A DNA stretch of 61,817 nucleotides, filler included, from Sphacelaria rigidula (Eukaryota): assembly GCA_964200075.2 (NCBI GenBank). It is 9 parts of 9 records of this genome, joined end to end, with 100 filler letters (N's around TTAATTAATTAA, not from the genome) between each part and the next. Parts side by side here need not be neighbours in the genome. Positions count along the whole stretch, not along the records: positions 20,642 to 27,421 come from CAXNAA020018123.1; positions 27,522 to 34,301 come from CAXNAA020018124.1; positions 34,402 to 41,180 come from CAXNAA020018125.1; 6 more parts are not named here. The stretch is one strand, 5' to 3'. The translations under genes were made by a program, and so were the position numbers. Of this stretch, positions 26,422-39,200 are shown piece by piece. Numbering within the stretch: the stretch's first letter is position 1; each line of letters opens with the position of its first letter. The notes beneath the pieces were generated by a model. It searched no databases, was not told where the DNA came from, and saw nothing but the letters and a program-made list of their open reading frames with translations.

Positions 26422-27310
26422 ACGAGTTGGACCAGCCTAGAGGCGAATTTGTAGTTTGAAGGCCCATTCGCCGGCCTTATTTTCAGAGTTGGATCCAAAA
26501 AGTTGGTACGGACAATGAGTAGGTCATGATGAAAAAAAGTAACCTGTGCAAACATAGATTTTTTTTTGTCCTTCATAATATAATGGCATTTTACTCATAC
26601 GTGAAAAACTGTTTATTGCCTTTATCTCAGAGAACAACAAAAATTCTTCATCTGCACGGGGTAATTTTTAATGATGCCCTATTCATGGTCGATACCAAAG
26701 TTGAGGATCCAACTCTGAATATTAGCCGGCGAACGGGCCGTTTTGTAACCGGGTCGGTAAAAATTTAGAACATTATTTTGCAGGCCACTTGCCGGCCTAC
26801 GTTTGGTGTTTGTATATTGAAAATTTGTGTGGGACGTCGCGAGTGCATAATGAACAAAAAAAAGTGGGTCGGATTGGTATTTATATCTGTTTCCCCAACG
26901 TTTCCCACTGGTTTACCGCAGGGCGTTCTAGTATAGTAGCGACCATTTTTTTAACGAGAACGCCCAAGCCTGTACAAAACAAAACAAAATGAAGGTCCAT
27001 TTCTCTGTGGTTCTCCATGCTAAGTTTCAAACGACAACTCTAAAATTTCATTTAAAAATAAAATGAGGCCCAAGAACAATGTTCATTTCTCCTCAAAACT
27101 TCCCTAAAAAGCGAAAAAAAATGAATGAAGAAGAATGAAAAAAATGAAAAATCTGTTTTATTTTTATTTTATAATGCACTAGCGGTTCTCGAAAACTGAG
27201 ACGCGATATCCAGATTTAGGTCATCTAGTGCCTCTGCTCGTAATAGATTGATTTTAGAATGGAAACTTGCCATATCTCGAGATGGATGACGAATTAGGTG
27301 AAGGTGAGGG
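26422..27310 (+). mobile_element. Partial copy of a non-autonomous Tc1/mariner-like element
   Basis: Starts with TIR-like CGAGTTGGACCAGCC, has an internal hairpin at ~26461-26740, then is colinear with ~49395-50037 of the complete copy. Confidence 0.72.
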
Positions 27311-27421
27311 GTTTTTTTTTCTGTCATAACTTAGACTGCGTCTTATCAAATTGTTTTCGTGAGTGATGCTACGGTAGGGGTAGAGAAATAATTTCTGAGA
27401 TTAGAATTGTTAGGAGCCCCT

Positions 27422-27521
27422 NNNNNNNNNNNNNNNNNNNNNNNNNNNNNNNNNNNNNNNNNNNNTTAATTAATTAANNNNNNNNNNNNNNNNNNNNNNN
27501 NNNNNNNNNNNNNNNNNNNNN
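27422..27521. other. Artificial scaffold spacer
   Basis: N44-TTAATTAATTAA-N44. Confidence 0.99.
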
Positions 27522-30500
27522 GGATAGCACTGTTTTAGGCTTGAACCTCATCTCGGAGTTAAACCTCAATTCGCACAATGTGTTGTTATGGGAGGTTTTG
27601 GAGACGATTCGTCAGGACGTGGGGTTGGTAAAGCTGTACTGTTCAATCCGGCGTCTAGTAAAGAGACCACGTGGGCGAGTTAGGAGACGAGTCGTCTTGC
27701 CTAACACCTTGTCTGCCTGGTGATGAACACACGATCGAGGTGCCTTCATGACGAGGATGCGAAGGTCCATGAGTCGGCGGAGTCTCTGTCCCTACAGACG
27801 GCAACGCTTCATCGGAAATGGGTTCTAACGCAGTGCACAAGGGGTGGTCAGGGAGCAGTAACGATCTGTTCGAAATCTGGGGAGTACCGGCCTGTTCCAC
27901 TTCAAGGTTTTCATCTGTCTGAGCCTACATGCAATCTCCTCCTTGGAGTTCACGTGCGCTTGCCACGTCAGGTTTATGTACATGATCATCTGGAGGAGCC
28001 CGCCTATGGTGACGCGTGTAGCGCACGAAAGGGTCGGCGTCTCCAGGAGCTATTGAAATGAGTTCTCGGACAGTCGACCTAGGTCACGCTCTTGGCACAC
28101 CACCTGAGTCGCTGTCACTTGGGGTTCCATTCCAACCCGCTGAGCGACGGAAAACATGGGTTCTTTGCGGTTGCGATCCTTTAAGGAATAATTAAGCTCC
28201 TCAAATAAAAGGGAGTCGGGTACCGTAGTTTTTGCGGAACTCGGTAGGGTAGTTAGCCGGGCACTTGAGCAGTTGGAAGATGCTTGACTGTGGGGCTTTG
28301 AGTTTTGTGTTCTCCGATGAACGGTCGGAGCGGCAGTGTCTATCGCAATAGAAGATATTTCGGCTCCTGATGCGTCAGAAACTGCACTATATGACTTCCT
28401 CCCCTTTGAAGGGAGGGGATTCGGTTAAATAACTTTAGTACCTGGTGAATGTTGAACTGGGTGATCAAATCCAGGGTTAAAACGTTGGGTTTGGTCACTG
28501 CTCAATTGATAGCCATGCAACGGTGCACGGACTTCGACTGTCTTGGAACCCTTCAAGGCAGTGTTAGCATATCCAGGGAACCCACACCACATGGTTGAAC
28601 CCGCGGTGGCCACCGCTGATTCGTGCGTGTGATGTGTGTGGCCTGGCCGAGCGAAAACAATGCTGACATACAATTGTTGGATACTTCTGCAGTGAATTAC
28701 CGCTCATTGTTTATTTCTAATTGTGGGATTGTACCAACTAATGAGGAATGAATTACAGAAGTAGAAAAATAAACAGGCAGGTGGCGGGGCTTAGATTTTG
28801 GGCTAAGCAACGCGTCCTGGGTTACCCCACTGTATGCTATTTGGAATCTTCGGAACTTGTAGAACGGTCCCAAAAGGTTGTCAAGTTGTGAGGTGAGCAT
28901 CAGTGCTGTGTGGGTACCGCCCTGGTGGGGTGAGGAGGTCATCGTCAGTAAAGGGTTTCGTAGCATTAGGGTTCACTTGGAGCGGTGCCATCTGGGAATG
29001 AAGAGTGGGAACACCGTCAGCGGTTTGAGTGGCTGGTTGGTGTACAGGGGAGTGGGCACCAACGGGGTTGTAGTCAGCATGTGGAGGAGGATTGTCTATC
29101 CACCCTCACGTCCCTGAAAATACGCCCTGCAACAACGCCATCATCAACATCGAAACGTTCCGATTCGTTGTTATCAACCGTCTCACTACGCATGATTTGG
29201 GTTGACTGAAGGTTTGTTTTACCATTGCCTGTAGGGAGCGCACCGTCCTTCGTGGCATCGTGCTCCGATGAAGTCGAAGGGCGGTTGATATCAAACTTGG
29301 CTTGTACATTTGCGCAATTGCGCCAAACCGATGCGGGGGTTGAAAAGTGAACGTTTCGTCGTGGGAGACAGTATATTTGTTAAGGACTGAAGTGGAGTGA
29401 ACAAAAGTAAAAGGAATAGAATGGCAGGGTACTGTCGACAGTTGTCGATCGACATGGAGGTCCGCGCACTCCGCACATGTAGCGGTGCAGACAAAAGGGA
29501 AAGAACTGTCGAAGGCACACAACAAATCGCATGTGTGTGTGTGTGTGTTGATGGATAACTGTAACGGCAAAGAGACAAGAAGAAAACGAAGGTTGTCACA
29601 ATCAACAGACATACAGTGACTGTTATTAGCGCAACAGCGCATTGGACAAAGCTGCATGCCATGAAGCGATATACGTGTGGGACGCGGCGAACACCAACGT
29701 TAAACCGCTCAGTTCTGTTCTGACAACATGTTGAGGTTGAGAAAAAAAAATCAACTGTCGGTCGCCGTATTTTTAGAAGCAATATCAGCGCAGCTGGCGA
29801 TACTGATCACAGTACCGCGTAGTTCGCTGTAATTAGCCGAGTCGGGGTTTCGATCACGTATCATCGTGCAGGTAGACAGTTAATAAATGTACAAGCACAA
29901 CCGTAATACAAATGTGTAGTGCAGTGCAGACAGCGGCGTGAAAAGCACCAGACAGCAAAATGCTGTGTGGCACAGTACAGTACATATGATCTTCGCGTGG
30001 TGCAGCGGGCGTGGTCGACAGTGCAGTACGATGTCAATTTGTTCGCATCACATGAAGAAAACCCGACACAACGTTATACCCGCGCCGTGTGCGATCATAT
30101 CGAGATTGCAATATAGATAGCTTTGTTTAGGTAGGGGAGCAGTACCATGCATGATACAGCACGGCACCTCACCGTCCGCAAACATATCGCTCGCCGAGAC
30201 CACTTGCAATTCAAACGGCACTGTACTCTGGACGGTACGTAAAGTCGGAACAATATTTCAGCGCAGGAAGTACGCGGCATTCTGGGCGGTTGGTACGCAC
30301 TGCAGTGGTTGTGTTGGTGGGGAGACAATCAGACTGTAGTGTACACTGGTGCCGTGTAAAAGTGACAAAAGTACAGAGTCGAACGCTTGTCTACAAGTCA
30401 CATGAGACTCGCGCCTCGCCGTGTTCCATCATGCTCGTATACAGACAAAAGTCTTAAATATCTGCCCCAATATGTCGCATCGATATAATTCAGTGTGCAT

Positions 30501-32338
30501 GGTGGGCTCAACGTTCCGTGTTTGGAAAAGGAGAATCGTCTGCGCAGCTGCGGCGATTGAAATAGCCCACGTACTCCTTATCTGCAAGCATGAATCGGCG
30601 TGTGTTGGGATACATGTCGGTCGATTCGGTTAGTACAGGATCGACGGACTGTGAGCAGGGGCAGTCGCGGGGCGTTTGGGGGGTGTTTGGTTGTGTAGCA
30701 AAAGAGGTCTTGCGTGTGCGCTCGTACCTGAAACGCCTTGTGGTTCGGTCGCCATTGCCTGAAACCAACGTGGGTACTGTATGACACATCGAAGACCTGA
30801 AGCTAGACCCGAGTCGGAGGGTTCGTCAACTCGAAGTAGAGAAGGAGGCAGCCGCTTTTTGAAAAAAAATCAGCTGATCACCCGATAAACGGTGTACACA
30901 AAATCAAGTGAAAGTCAAAGACCGAAAATACAGGACTTGAAAAAATGAACAAACGAAAGCTTGTGGTTGGCTGATGCGTGCACAGCAGCCGACGAGAGAG
31001 AAACCCGTACAGCTTAAGGTAACAAGATACCTCTGAAGCCCCACAATGTGGCGAAATAGGCAATACCGCAAGCAGTAACACCGTATACGCCGAACGCAAG
31101 CAAGCCACACCCTTGTGAGCTGTCCGCAAGTGATCCTGGTTCGACTTCCTAGACTCAAACTGCTGTTTCAATCTCTCAATACAATAGCCTAGCTGTCAAA
31201 GGGGAAAACCACACAACCCCGAAGCCAGAATACAATATCAATCGTGGATGAGGGTGATCGTACAGCACAGCTAAGACTCACGTCAAGGCTGTGGACTCGC
31301 GGCACTGAAGACAGGAGATCGATGGGTAGATGACGAGTTAAAGCTCTTCTTTATATCCAATGAGGCCTGAAGACTGGTCGATGGTTCGAGTGAACCCCGT
31401 AGGCGAGGGTCAGCGTACTGTTCGCCCTCATCCTGCCTCGCATACAACCCCGTCATACTACCAAATCAGCGTGACACGCCGTGCTTTTAGCCAATCAAGG
31501 CTGTAGTAGCAGCAGGTACACGCGGCTAATCGGGTACGATTCTTTTCCAACATCAACGCTTCAACAATAAAAACAATCCAATTTCTGCCTTATACAGCAT
31601 ACACTCGACTAGAATCTTTCCATACCCGCCGGTCGTTTCTGGGGACCATCTGCGAATCCCAAAGAACTAGTTTAATATAGGCACGCAGTCATTTAACATC
31701 CCCCCCCCCCCCTCAAATAGGGTACCCAGGGGTCTCCCCTTTTATCCCTACGGCCCCAGAATGAGGTTTGGGCGACCTGCGGGGTGGTGGTGCCGTCATT
31801 CCTCGATATGGGGTCCCTCCGCCCAGCGTGCAGCTCCTCGACGCTTGACACTGAGAAACAGCAGCTTGCAACGTATATTCTATGGTATAACGGGAAGCAA
31901 GTCGTGTACGTGTACTTCAACACAGAAATGGTGGTGGCTGGGACTGGTGCGGGACGACCTAGCGGGAATTTGCCGGGAAACGGCACGCGTCTCAGCACCG
32001 GCTTGCTGCGGGCCCTTGCGAATGTAGGGCGACGGCGATAACACGAACACGATTTATGCTTCAATACAACTTTACGCTTCCGTGCAACGACACATCACCA
32101 TACCCCGGGTGCGTTCGGCAGACCTTCATTTTAGAATAGGAGGGCCCAGCCGAGACCACTCCGGTTTCACCGCCGATATCCGAGACCGCAACGTCACAAA
32201 TACCGAAATAAACTGAAATTGGAAGCGTCCTGGACACAGGGCAATCTACAACATATTCAAACGAAGCCAATGCTGAACGCGGTGATGAAACCTCGATGGG
32301 CACTTGGGAAAATTTTCCTCCGATTTACGTAGTAACAG

Positions 32339-32621
32339 TGGATCCTGGAAAATGGGGTCCATCTCAAAAATGAGGTCGAAGTGGCATTTCTTTTTTGCAG
32401 GGATGACGCGAAACGCGTACGACCGAGCGAAGCCATCTTCTCCCCCAAATATCCGCAACAGTTAAGCAGCTGTGGCTAGGTGCACCGAACGAGTGCGGTG
32501 TACACGCGCGTCGATGATGATATCACCAGAGAGAGAAGCAACGACAGAGAGGAAGCTCCTCACCCGTGTCCTTTGTGTGTCCTCGCTCGGCGATTACCAA
32601 TCGCTCGAGAGACTGGCATCA
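32339..32621 (+). repeat. Interspersed repeat that provides the empty site for the MITE insertion at 58346
   Basis: Colinear with 58107-58345 plus 58556-58602. Confidence 0.85.
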
Positions 32622-33133
32622 TCGATGTTACCAGCATGTGTCCAATTTTTCATGTGCCAGAAAATCGAGCTGCGGAGAGATTTCGTCTCTTCTTGCCTGT
32701 CGAGCTCACGAATGCGAAGATCGATTTCTCTCTGCCTCTCCTTTTGGAGAGGACGCGCTTCAGTGCGCTGAAAAACATGTCGTTGAAAATCAAGGCAATG
32801 CTGCCGTCACTGCTACTACTGTCCTCTGTTACACACATGCCAGCAAGGGCGGTGGTGCGGCAATAACAAATCGATTCAATTTGAACCTTGGAGGGTGTTA
32901 CTCATCGTTGATTTTACCCACATCTGACCCTCTGGGTGCCCGACCAGAAGAGCGTGCCACACGCCAGTTGAGGGGGGTGTATGAGAGATCAAACACTTGT
33001 AGAGACATTCTTGACATGCGGAGTGAAAAAAGGTACCTATGGTGGTGACCGCACTGTTGCTAGCGTGGCGCATAGGAGTCCGTCCATGCTACAATCTGGA
33101 GCACACGCTGACTGCGTGAACAGCTCGGTACAG

Positions 33134-33343
33134 TGTGATGCGTGAGAGGACCGCGTGCTTAGAGGATCGCATCGGAATTTGAACATCCCCATGATTAGGG
33201 TTAGGGTAAGGGTTAGTGTTGGGGTTAGGGTCAGGGGCGTGGTACGTGCAGTGACTAGCCCGATTGGTTTTGAAAACATTGATCCTGAGGTATTTTTGAC
33301 TACAGCGCGGTCCTCTAAGCACGCGGTCCTCTCACGCATTACA
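33134..33343 (+). mobile_element. Telomere-repeat-bearing MITE, copy 1
   Basis: 37-bp TIRs (TGT[A/G]ATGCGTGAGAGGACCGCGTGCTTAGAGGA[C/T]CGC), seven TTAGGG-like hexamers inside, ACAG duplicated on both flanks. Confidence 0.9.
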
Positions 33344-33477
33344 ACAGTACGAGTAGCATTCGAGAATTAATTCCGATGTGAGGAGATAATGTATTACAAG
33401 CTGGGACGGGAGTGCTCTACGATCAACCACTTGTCGTTGCATTCGAGACCGACGCCATCAACCGCCGACAGCAAAGG

Positions 33478-34172
33478 TCTTGTGGCTTTCACGCAACGCT
33501 GTCGGTAGTACGGCAGGCGAACCCGATCATAGCTAGCTTTCGTTGCTACCGTACTTACTCCCGTCTGCTCACAGGAGGTCACCGTAACAACATGCACCGA
33601 AGTTCGCAACAGCTGTGAAGGCTAAACAGTTTAATTTTTCCCAACTACATCCACACAATTTAAACGACTCTCGAGACCTGAGGGAAGGTGGCCGCTTCGG
33701 GTCCGATTATACATACAAAGATACCGTCGAGCAGCAATACCAGACGTTTCTGGGATTAGCATCAGGTAGTCCGTAGGAACAGAACAGAAATCAACAAGTT
33801 ACCGTTCGTATTAGAAACCAATGCGCATGAAACGCTATGTAGGTTGGAAAACACGTATTTTCACGGAGAAGAAACCCTCCGTGCCCTCATTAGTGTTGTA
33901 TTCGCTCATAAAAACTCTATCGTCGTTCATCAATACCTGGTGGGGGGACAGGGAAGCCGTCCTCTCTCAGGTCTCGAGAGTCGTTTAAATTGTGTGGATG
34001 TAGTTGAGAAAAAATAAACTGTTTAGCTTTCACACCTGTTGCGAACTTCGGTGCATGTTGTTACGGTGACCTCCAGTGAGTAGACGGGAATAAGTACGGT
34101 AGAGCAACGAAGGCTAGCTATGATCGGGTTTGCCTGCCGTACTACCGACAGCGTTGCGTGAAAGCCACAAGA
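33478..34172. repeat. Long inverted repeat (~205-bp arms, ~280-bp spacer), foldback/MITE-like
   Basis: 33478-33685 is the reverse complement of 33963-34172 with scattered mismatches. Confidence 0.88.
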
Positions 34173-34301
34173 GTCATCCTACGTACGATAGGGGGGGGGG
34201 GGTATTTGGTTGCCCGAAAAACGAGGGTCATAAGTGTGTCAGACATCCTTCCACACTTGCGTTGCGCTTGTTTTTGGTTCCAAACGGTGTCAGGCAGTAT
34301 G

Positions 34302-34401
34302 NNNNNNNNNNNNNNNNNNNNNNNNNNNNNNNNNNNNNNNNNNNNTTAATTAATTAANNNNNNNNNNNNNNNNNNNNNNNNNNNNNNNNNNNNNNNNNNN
34401 N
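34302..34401. other. Artificial scaffold spacer
   Basis: N44-TTAATTAATTAA-N44. Confidence 0.99.
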
Positions 34402-34971
34402 CTGCTGTCGTTGGTGACGGGGGTCAACGTTTCACAATGTTCGTGCCTCGATTGAAAATCTTCGAAATACATACCTAATCGAGGCACGAACATTGTGAAA
34501 CGTTGACCCCGTCACCAACGACAGCAGCATGACTGTCACGATCCATACATACCCCAATACTTGGCCTGCTGCTCCAGTGGTCGTGTTGGTACCTTATGCA
34601 ATAGAGCTGACTCCAATCGTCGCTATGTGCGGGGGCTTGTGGATTGTGAGGATGCGGGCCATGGTACGGCGGCACGAAGAAACAAGTGAGCAATCGGCAG
34701 ATAGGCCCATGAGATAGACTGTCGAAGAAAGTCGAGTCGAGAAAAAATAGGAAGTGACCAAATGCCCTGACCTGATGCACGCCTTGTATGAAAACGTATT
34801 TGTTTCGCCCATCAACAAAGTTATCTTGACGTCTTGTGGTGATCATCATAGGGATGCCGTGCAAATAAACGAGTTCCCGAAGCAGCACTTGATGCAAGAT
34901 GTGCAAAGATTTTTCGGTATTTCGGAGGTGTTGAAATTCACATCACTTTCACGAAGTGCAATGCCTTCTTA

Positions 34972-35160
34972 GGGCGTGTCTTGGCACATTAATTTACAAT
35001 CGAAATTGTGCGATGGAAAACAAAAATCCCGATCTGATAGGTCGTAATTTCAACCGTCGTCGTTAGTTTTGAAGATGGTTAAAATCACGACCTATCGGAT
35101 CGAGATTTTTGTTTACCATCGCACTTCTTCGATTGAAAAGTGATGTGCTAAGACACGGCC
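34972..35160. mobile_element. Hairpin MITE, Tourist/PIF-Harbinger-like
   Basis: Almost fully self-complementary. Ends are GGGCGTGTCTT...AAGACACGGCC and the 3-bp flanks are TTA/TCA. Confidence 0.65.
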
Positions 35161-35198
35161 TCAACTTCATTTCGAAAATAATCTGCTGTAGTTCTTGA

Positions 35199-35369
35199 TT
35201 CAACCCTTATTTGACCGCCAGGGAAGATCATCGGGGTCACGCAGTAATTTTCTATTTCGATCCAACCCTTTCACCGTCAGTGTAAGTAATCTGGGTCACG
35301 CAATAACTTTTTCAAGTGAAAGTGATGCCGAGTCACCAGATGACCTACCGCGGCGGTCAAAAGGTTAGA
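35199..35369. mobile_element. Small TIR element, piggyBac-like ends
   Basis: AACCCTTATTTGACCGCC...GGCGGTCAAAAGGTT, with degenerate TTAA-like flanks. Confidence 0.45.
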
Positions 35370-35826
35370 AAAGGGTACCACAACAGGTATCCATCTCCGT
35401 TCGCGGGGGGGAACGGGGTTTAGTTTTGGAGAAGGCCTTCGCAGACCCTTTCATTTTCTTCCTCCGCGGAGGCACCGTATTTCGCGCAGCAGGCATCTTG
35501 AATTCTGTCATGTCAATATTCGACCGTCTTGTTTTTGATGACTTTCTGGCGCTTCACTACCTTTGTTTTTTTCTCCGCTTCTTTGTCAACTTCGAGAGTT
35601 TAGATCTGACATAACCGTCTCGTGTCCGTTCGTGGGGAGGTGTACAATACTCATGATCATGCATGCCATAGTCATATGATCATTGACCTCGCATATCTAC
35701 AAAGCCGGGACGGGGCACGCCGGGTTTTAGCCGGACCAGGCTCGCAATCGATCGCCAAGCGCGAAGCGCCGTGGTGATCCCGCGAGTCGCATGAAGGGTG
35801 GGCTGCATCCTGCTAGGCATAGCGGG

Positions 35827-36222
35827 TTCTCAAAAATGGGGTTGAACAAAAAAATGAGGTCAACTCAAAGGCAGTGCTTTTCGTGACCTAAAATCATGAT
35901 GAATGACTTTCATGTGGACGACCTCGTCCCTCACGACCTCTATTCCGTTTTTTTTCAGCCTTCCGTTCTCCCGAAGGGTATGTGCAAAAGGACGATTTTT
36001 GGGCCAAAAAGCGTTCCTCCTTTCACCCCGAAATCGAGGCAAAAATGTGCTTTCGCACATACCCTTTGGGGGAACGGAAGGCTAGAAATTCCCCGAAATA
36101 GTTTTCGGGAGGTCGGGGTGGATGAGGTCGTCCATATGACAGTCATTTGCCATGACTTTAGGTGAGGGAAAGCACTGCTTTTGAGTTGAACCTCATTTTT
36201 TGTTCAACCCCATTTTTGAGAA
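35827..36222. mobile_element. ~400-bp palindromic MITE
   Basis: TTCTCAAAAATGGGGTTGAACAAAAAA at both ends in inverted orientation, with complementarity extending almost to the centre. Confidence 0.8.
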
Positions 36223-39200
36223 TAGACTGTTTAAGATTGTTCGGTCCGAAGCGTACTGATTATGTTGCATTTGGATGACAGCCTTCAGTGAGTTGCTTCA
36301 TTATCTGGTATTGCCACTTCCAGAGACAGCCATGGTTTACACACTGCCTGATGGGTGTCTCACCATTGAAACACTACGTAGTATGATCATCCCCTTTGCG
36401 CGGAGGTGAAGTTCTCCCACCCCGCGCAGTATTATCTAGCTCGAGCACCATCATGCTTACCGAAAAAAAAACGCAAGCGCGCAAAAAAGATCGGTAACGT
36501 GGGTGTCTAGCTTACGCAGTGAGTAGCGTGTTTTACAGCGTGATTGCCAACCGACGCCAACCCCATAGGGCGTTCGCCCCTACAAAGCCGGGACGGAGCA
36601 CGGCGGGTTACGCCGGACCACGGGGGGGCGGGGACGGATAGCGGGCGACGCCGCGTTACCACGAATAGTGCGCTCTCGTGCGCCGGTAAAGATTCGCGCT
36701 GGTGAAGATTTTGTGTAGTAGTTCTTAAGTTGTTGTTGTAGGTGTTGTCATATCAGCCGCTCGTGCTTATGCAACCTGTGGATGACACGTGACACTTGTG
36801 GAAATTGCAGACTGCTTGTTTGCACAAAGTGTTGACCCGGATCCTGTTCGGCTGACCCCCAGCAGGTTTTATTTGATTCCGATACAGTAGTAGTGCTCCG
36901 GCCCCACAGAGAGCGGTCCTTTCATGAATAATAACATTGCTTACACACACATATATCACCACCACCTACTGGTGTAGCTACTCTTGTAATCAACATCAAG
37001 AACGTGCACGTGCGAGCGCCATGTTGGGATCCAATTTCTCATACCTGGTCCACAGTGTTTTCAGGTGATTGAGAGTGAGTATACCGTGTCGCAGTAGCTC
37101 GAGTGTTCCATACGAAACTCGAGGAGTTAATGATGAGATATTACGGAGTAGAGTAAATCAGCAGTTAGCTACTATATTTACGTAGCCTGTCCGGAGCATG
37201 TCGTGTATTGTCCTGTACTGGCAGGGGAGGGAGTGATGTTTTCTGGTGTCACATAGACATAAATGGAAGCAAAAAATGCGAGATTGGTGACAATCTCACA
37301 ACCAGACATCCGTAGTGATTGACATCCGGGAGCTGGAGTCGATCCAAAGACCATAAGCAGGCACACAATTTCTTGCTGGACACCAAGGCTTGATTTTCCG
37401 TATCGAAGGCAATATTTGCTCGATTTCGGGTACTGTACCTCCATTGGGGGTAGCCGCGGGGCAATCCCCCACCACCCTTCACTGTTGACACAGTCATCGG
37501 TGGTTGGTCATTTGTTTTGTGCGCGTCGGCATCACAGGATTACCATATTTTCAGGGTGGTGTGCCTCATGAACGTCATGAACGTCAATGGCATATTTACA
37601 GTCTGGAAACAAGCTTTGCGGAAAGCCCCTCCTTCTTCGGGGCATGTTCGCCTCTGTGGGGTTTGAGATGAATGATCTACACGAGTAGCGCTGAAAATTG
37701 CCAAGATCACCCAGCAGAGCCGCTGCTGGAGGCACAACATAGCAATCTTGGCATTCGAGAATATCACTCCGAACTTCAGAGGCTACATGCAGGTCGGAGT
37801 ACAGCCCATCGTACAGACAGCCGAAAAGATATTTTAAGCACAAACACTAGACTACACAAGACTAGAACAACTTTGGTTTAGAAACACTTCTTGTCTGTTT
37901 TCGTCTCAACCAACGTTGTGCTTCGGGAGCGAGCAGAGCAGTGGGGGGAAAGCGCTCCTTGGGCACGTTCTATCTGGCTGGGCTGCTTCATTGCAAACCA
38001 GCCTACGGCACAGCAGCGAACATGTGGCTCACTAACACCGCGCCAATGCAGTGTGTATGGTCGGTGAAGATGACCTGAGGCGAGCCCCTGCCCCCTGCTC
38101 GTGTGGGCACAGTACAGTACGGCAGTATTGTGTATGTACCACCACAACACACGAAATTGAGGAGGAGAGGATACAGGCGATCACCGCCGAAGATACTGTT
38201 CTGCTCGGAGACGCCTAGCGGTTAATGACCGTATATGAATATGTAGGGGCGCGTTGCATGGAAGACGCTAAACGAGCTGTTGGTGCTCGACTCTGTTGGA
38301 TGAGAAAAGAATGCCGAAGTTGTCCATCTAGCGGAGCCGCTGATCCAGTGGAGGGCAAGCAAACTACAGAGTCATCGTCGCACCTGGTCTCTCCCCAAAC
38401 CTCGAGCAAACAAGTCACTGGGCTGACGAGCAAGGGCTTTGCATTTCTGGCAGGCCACCCGTTCAAGCACAACACCCGATAAATAGTCAGCACATCAGTA
38501 CTGTTGTCTGTAGTGTAGCATGCGTTGGTACAGAAAGGAAACAGTAAACCAACTCCGCCTTCTCTCCCCCCCCCCCCCCCAGATTTGGTGAAAATAAAAC
38601 GCATTTTCGTACAATTATTCAGATCCGCGAACTGCCTCTTGTCCCCGAATGCCGGACGTCTTTCCGCCAAACAAAAGCATCGTACCCACTCGGACTGTGG
38701 CCAGGCGTTGACCTGCCTTGCATGTCATGTTCCTTTTCCAACACGGGCACTTTTTTTCATCTTGGGCAAGCTCACCTAGAGCTCTGAGACTCAAGTCTGA
38801 GTAAAATTGCCAAAGGGACGCTTGTATTGCCTATAAAGGGGCATTTGTTGCACACAGTCGGGCAGCAAACTACCTGCAGACAAAAAATACTTTGATTTTA
38901 CTTTAGCTGAAACCTCCTCCTGAAGAGTTGAAATGCAAATAAAATTGACATGAACGCGTTGACCCTCTACTCGCCCATGCTAACTAATCACTCCAAGTTT
39001 TTTTTTCTGCGGACAGTCCCGCGACTTCATGGTACACGTCTTTTGTAGGCAATGCTCGTCACTGAACGGGCATGAAAGGTTGAAGAGAATTGTACGAGAC
39101 GGAAACTCCCAGGCAGCAAACGCGACCCATTCTCCTGCAGTGGTGCAGGGAGCCCGCTACACGTTTTTTCGGTTCATGCATCAAATATTCAAATTGGCAG

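Noticed and set aside
34402-34527. Near-perfect ~50-bp inverted repeat at a scaffold start
   Set aside because: It begins at the first base of the scaffold, so a fold-back assembly or library artefact is likely and cannot be excluded without reads.
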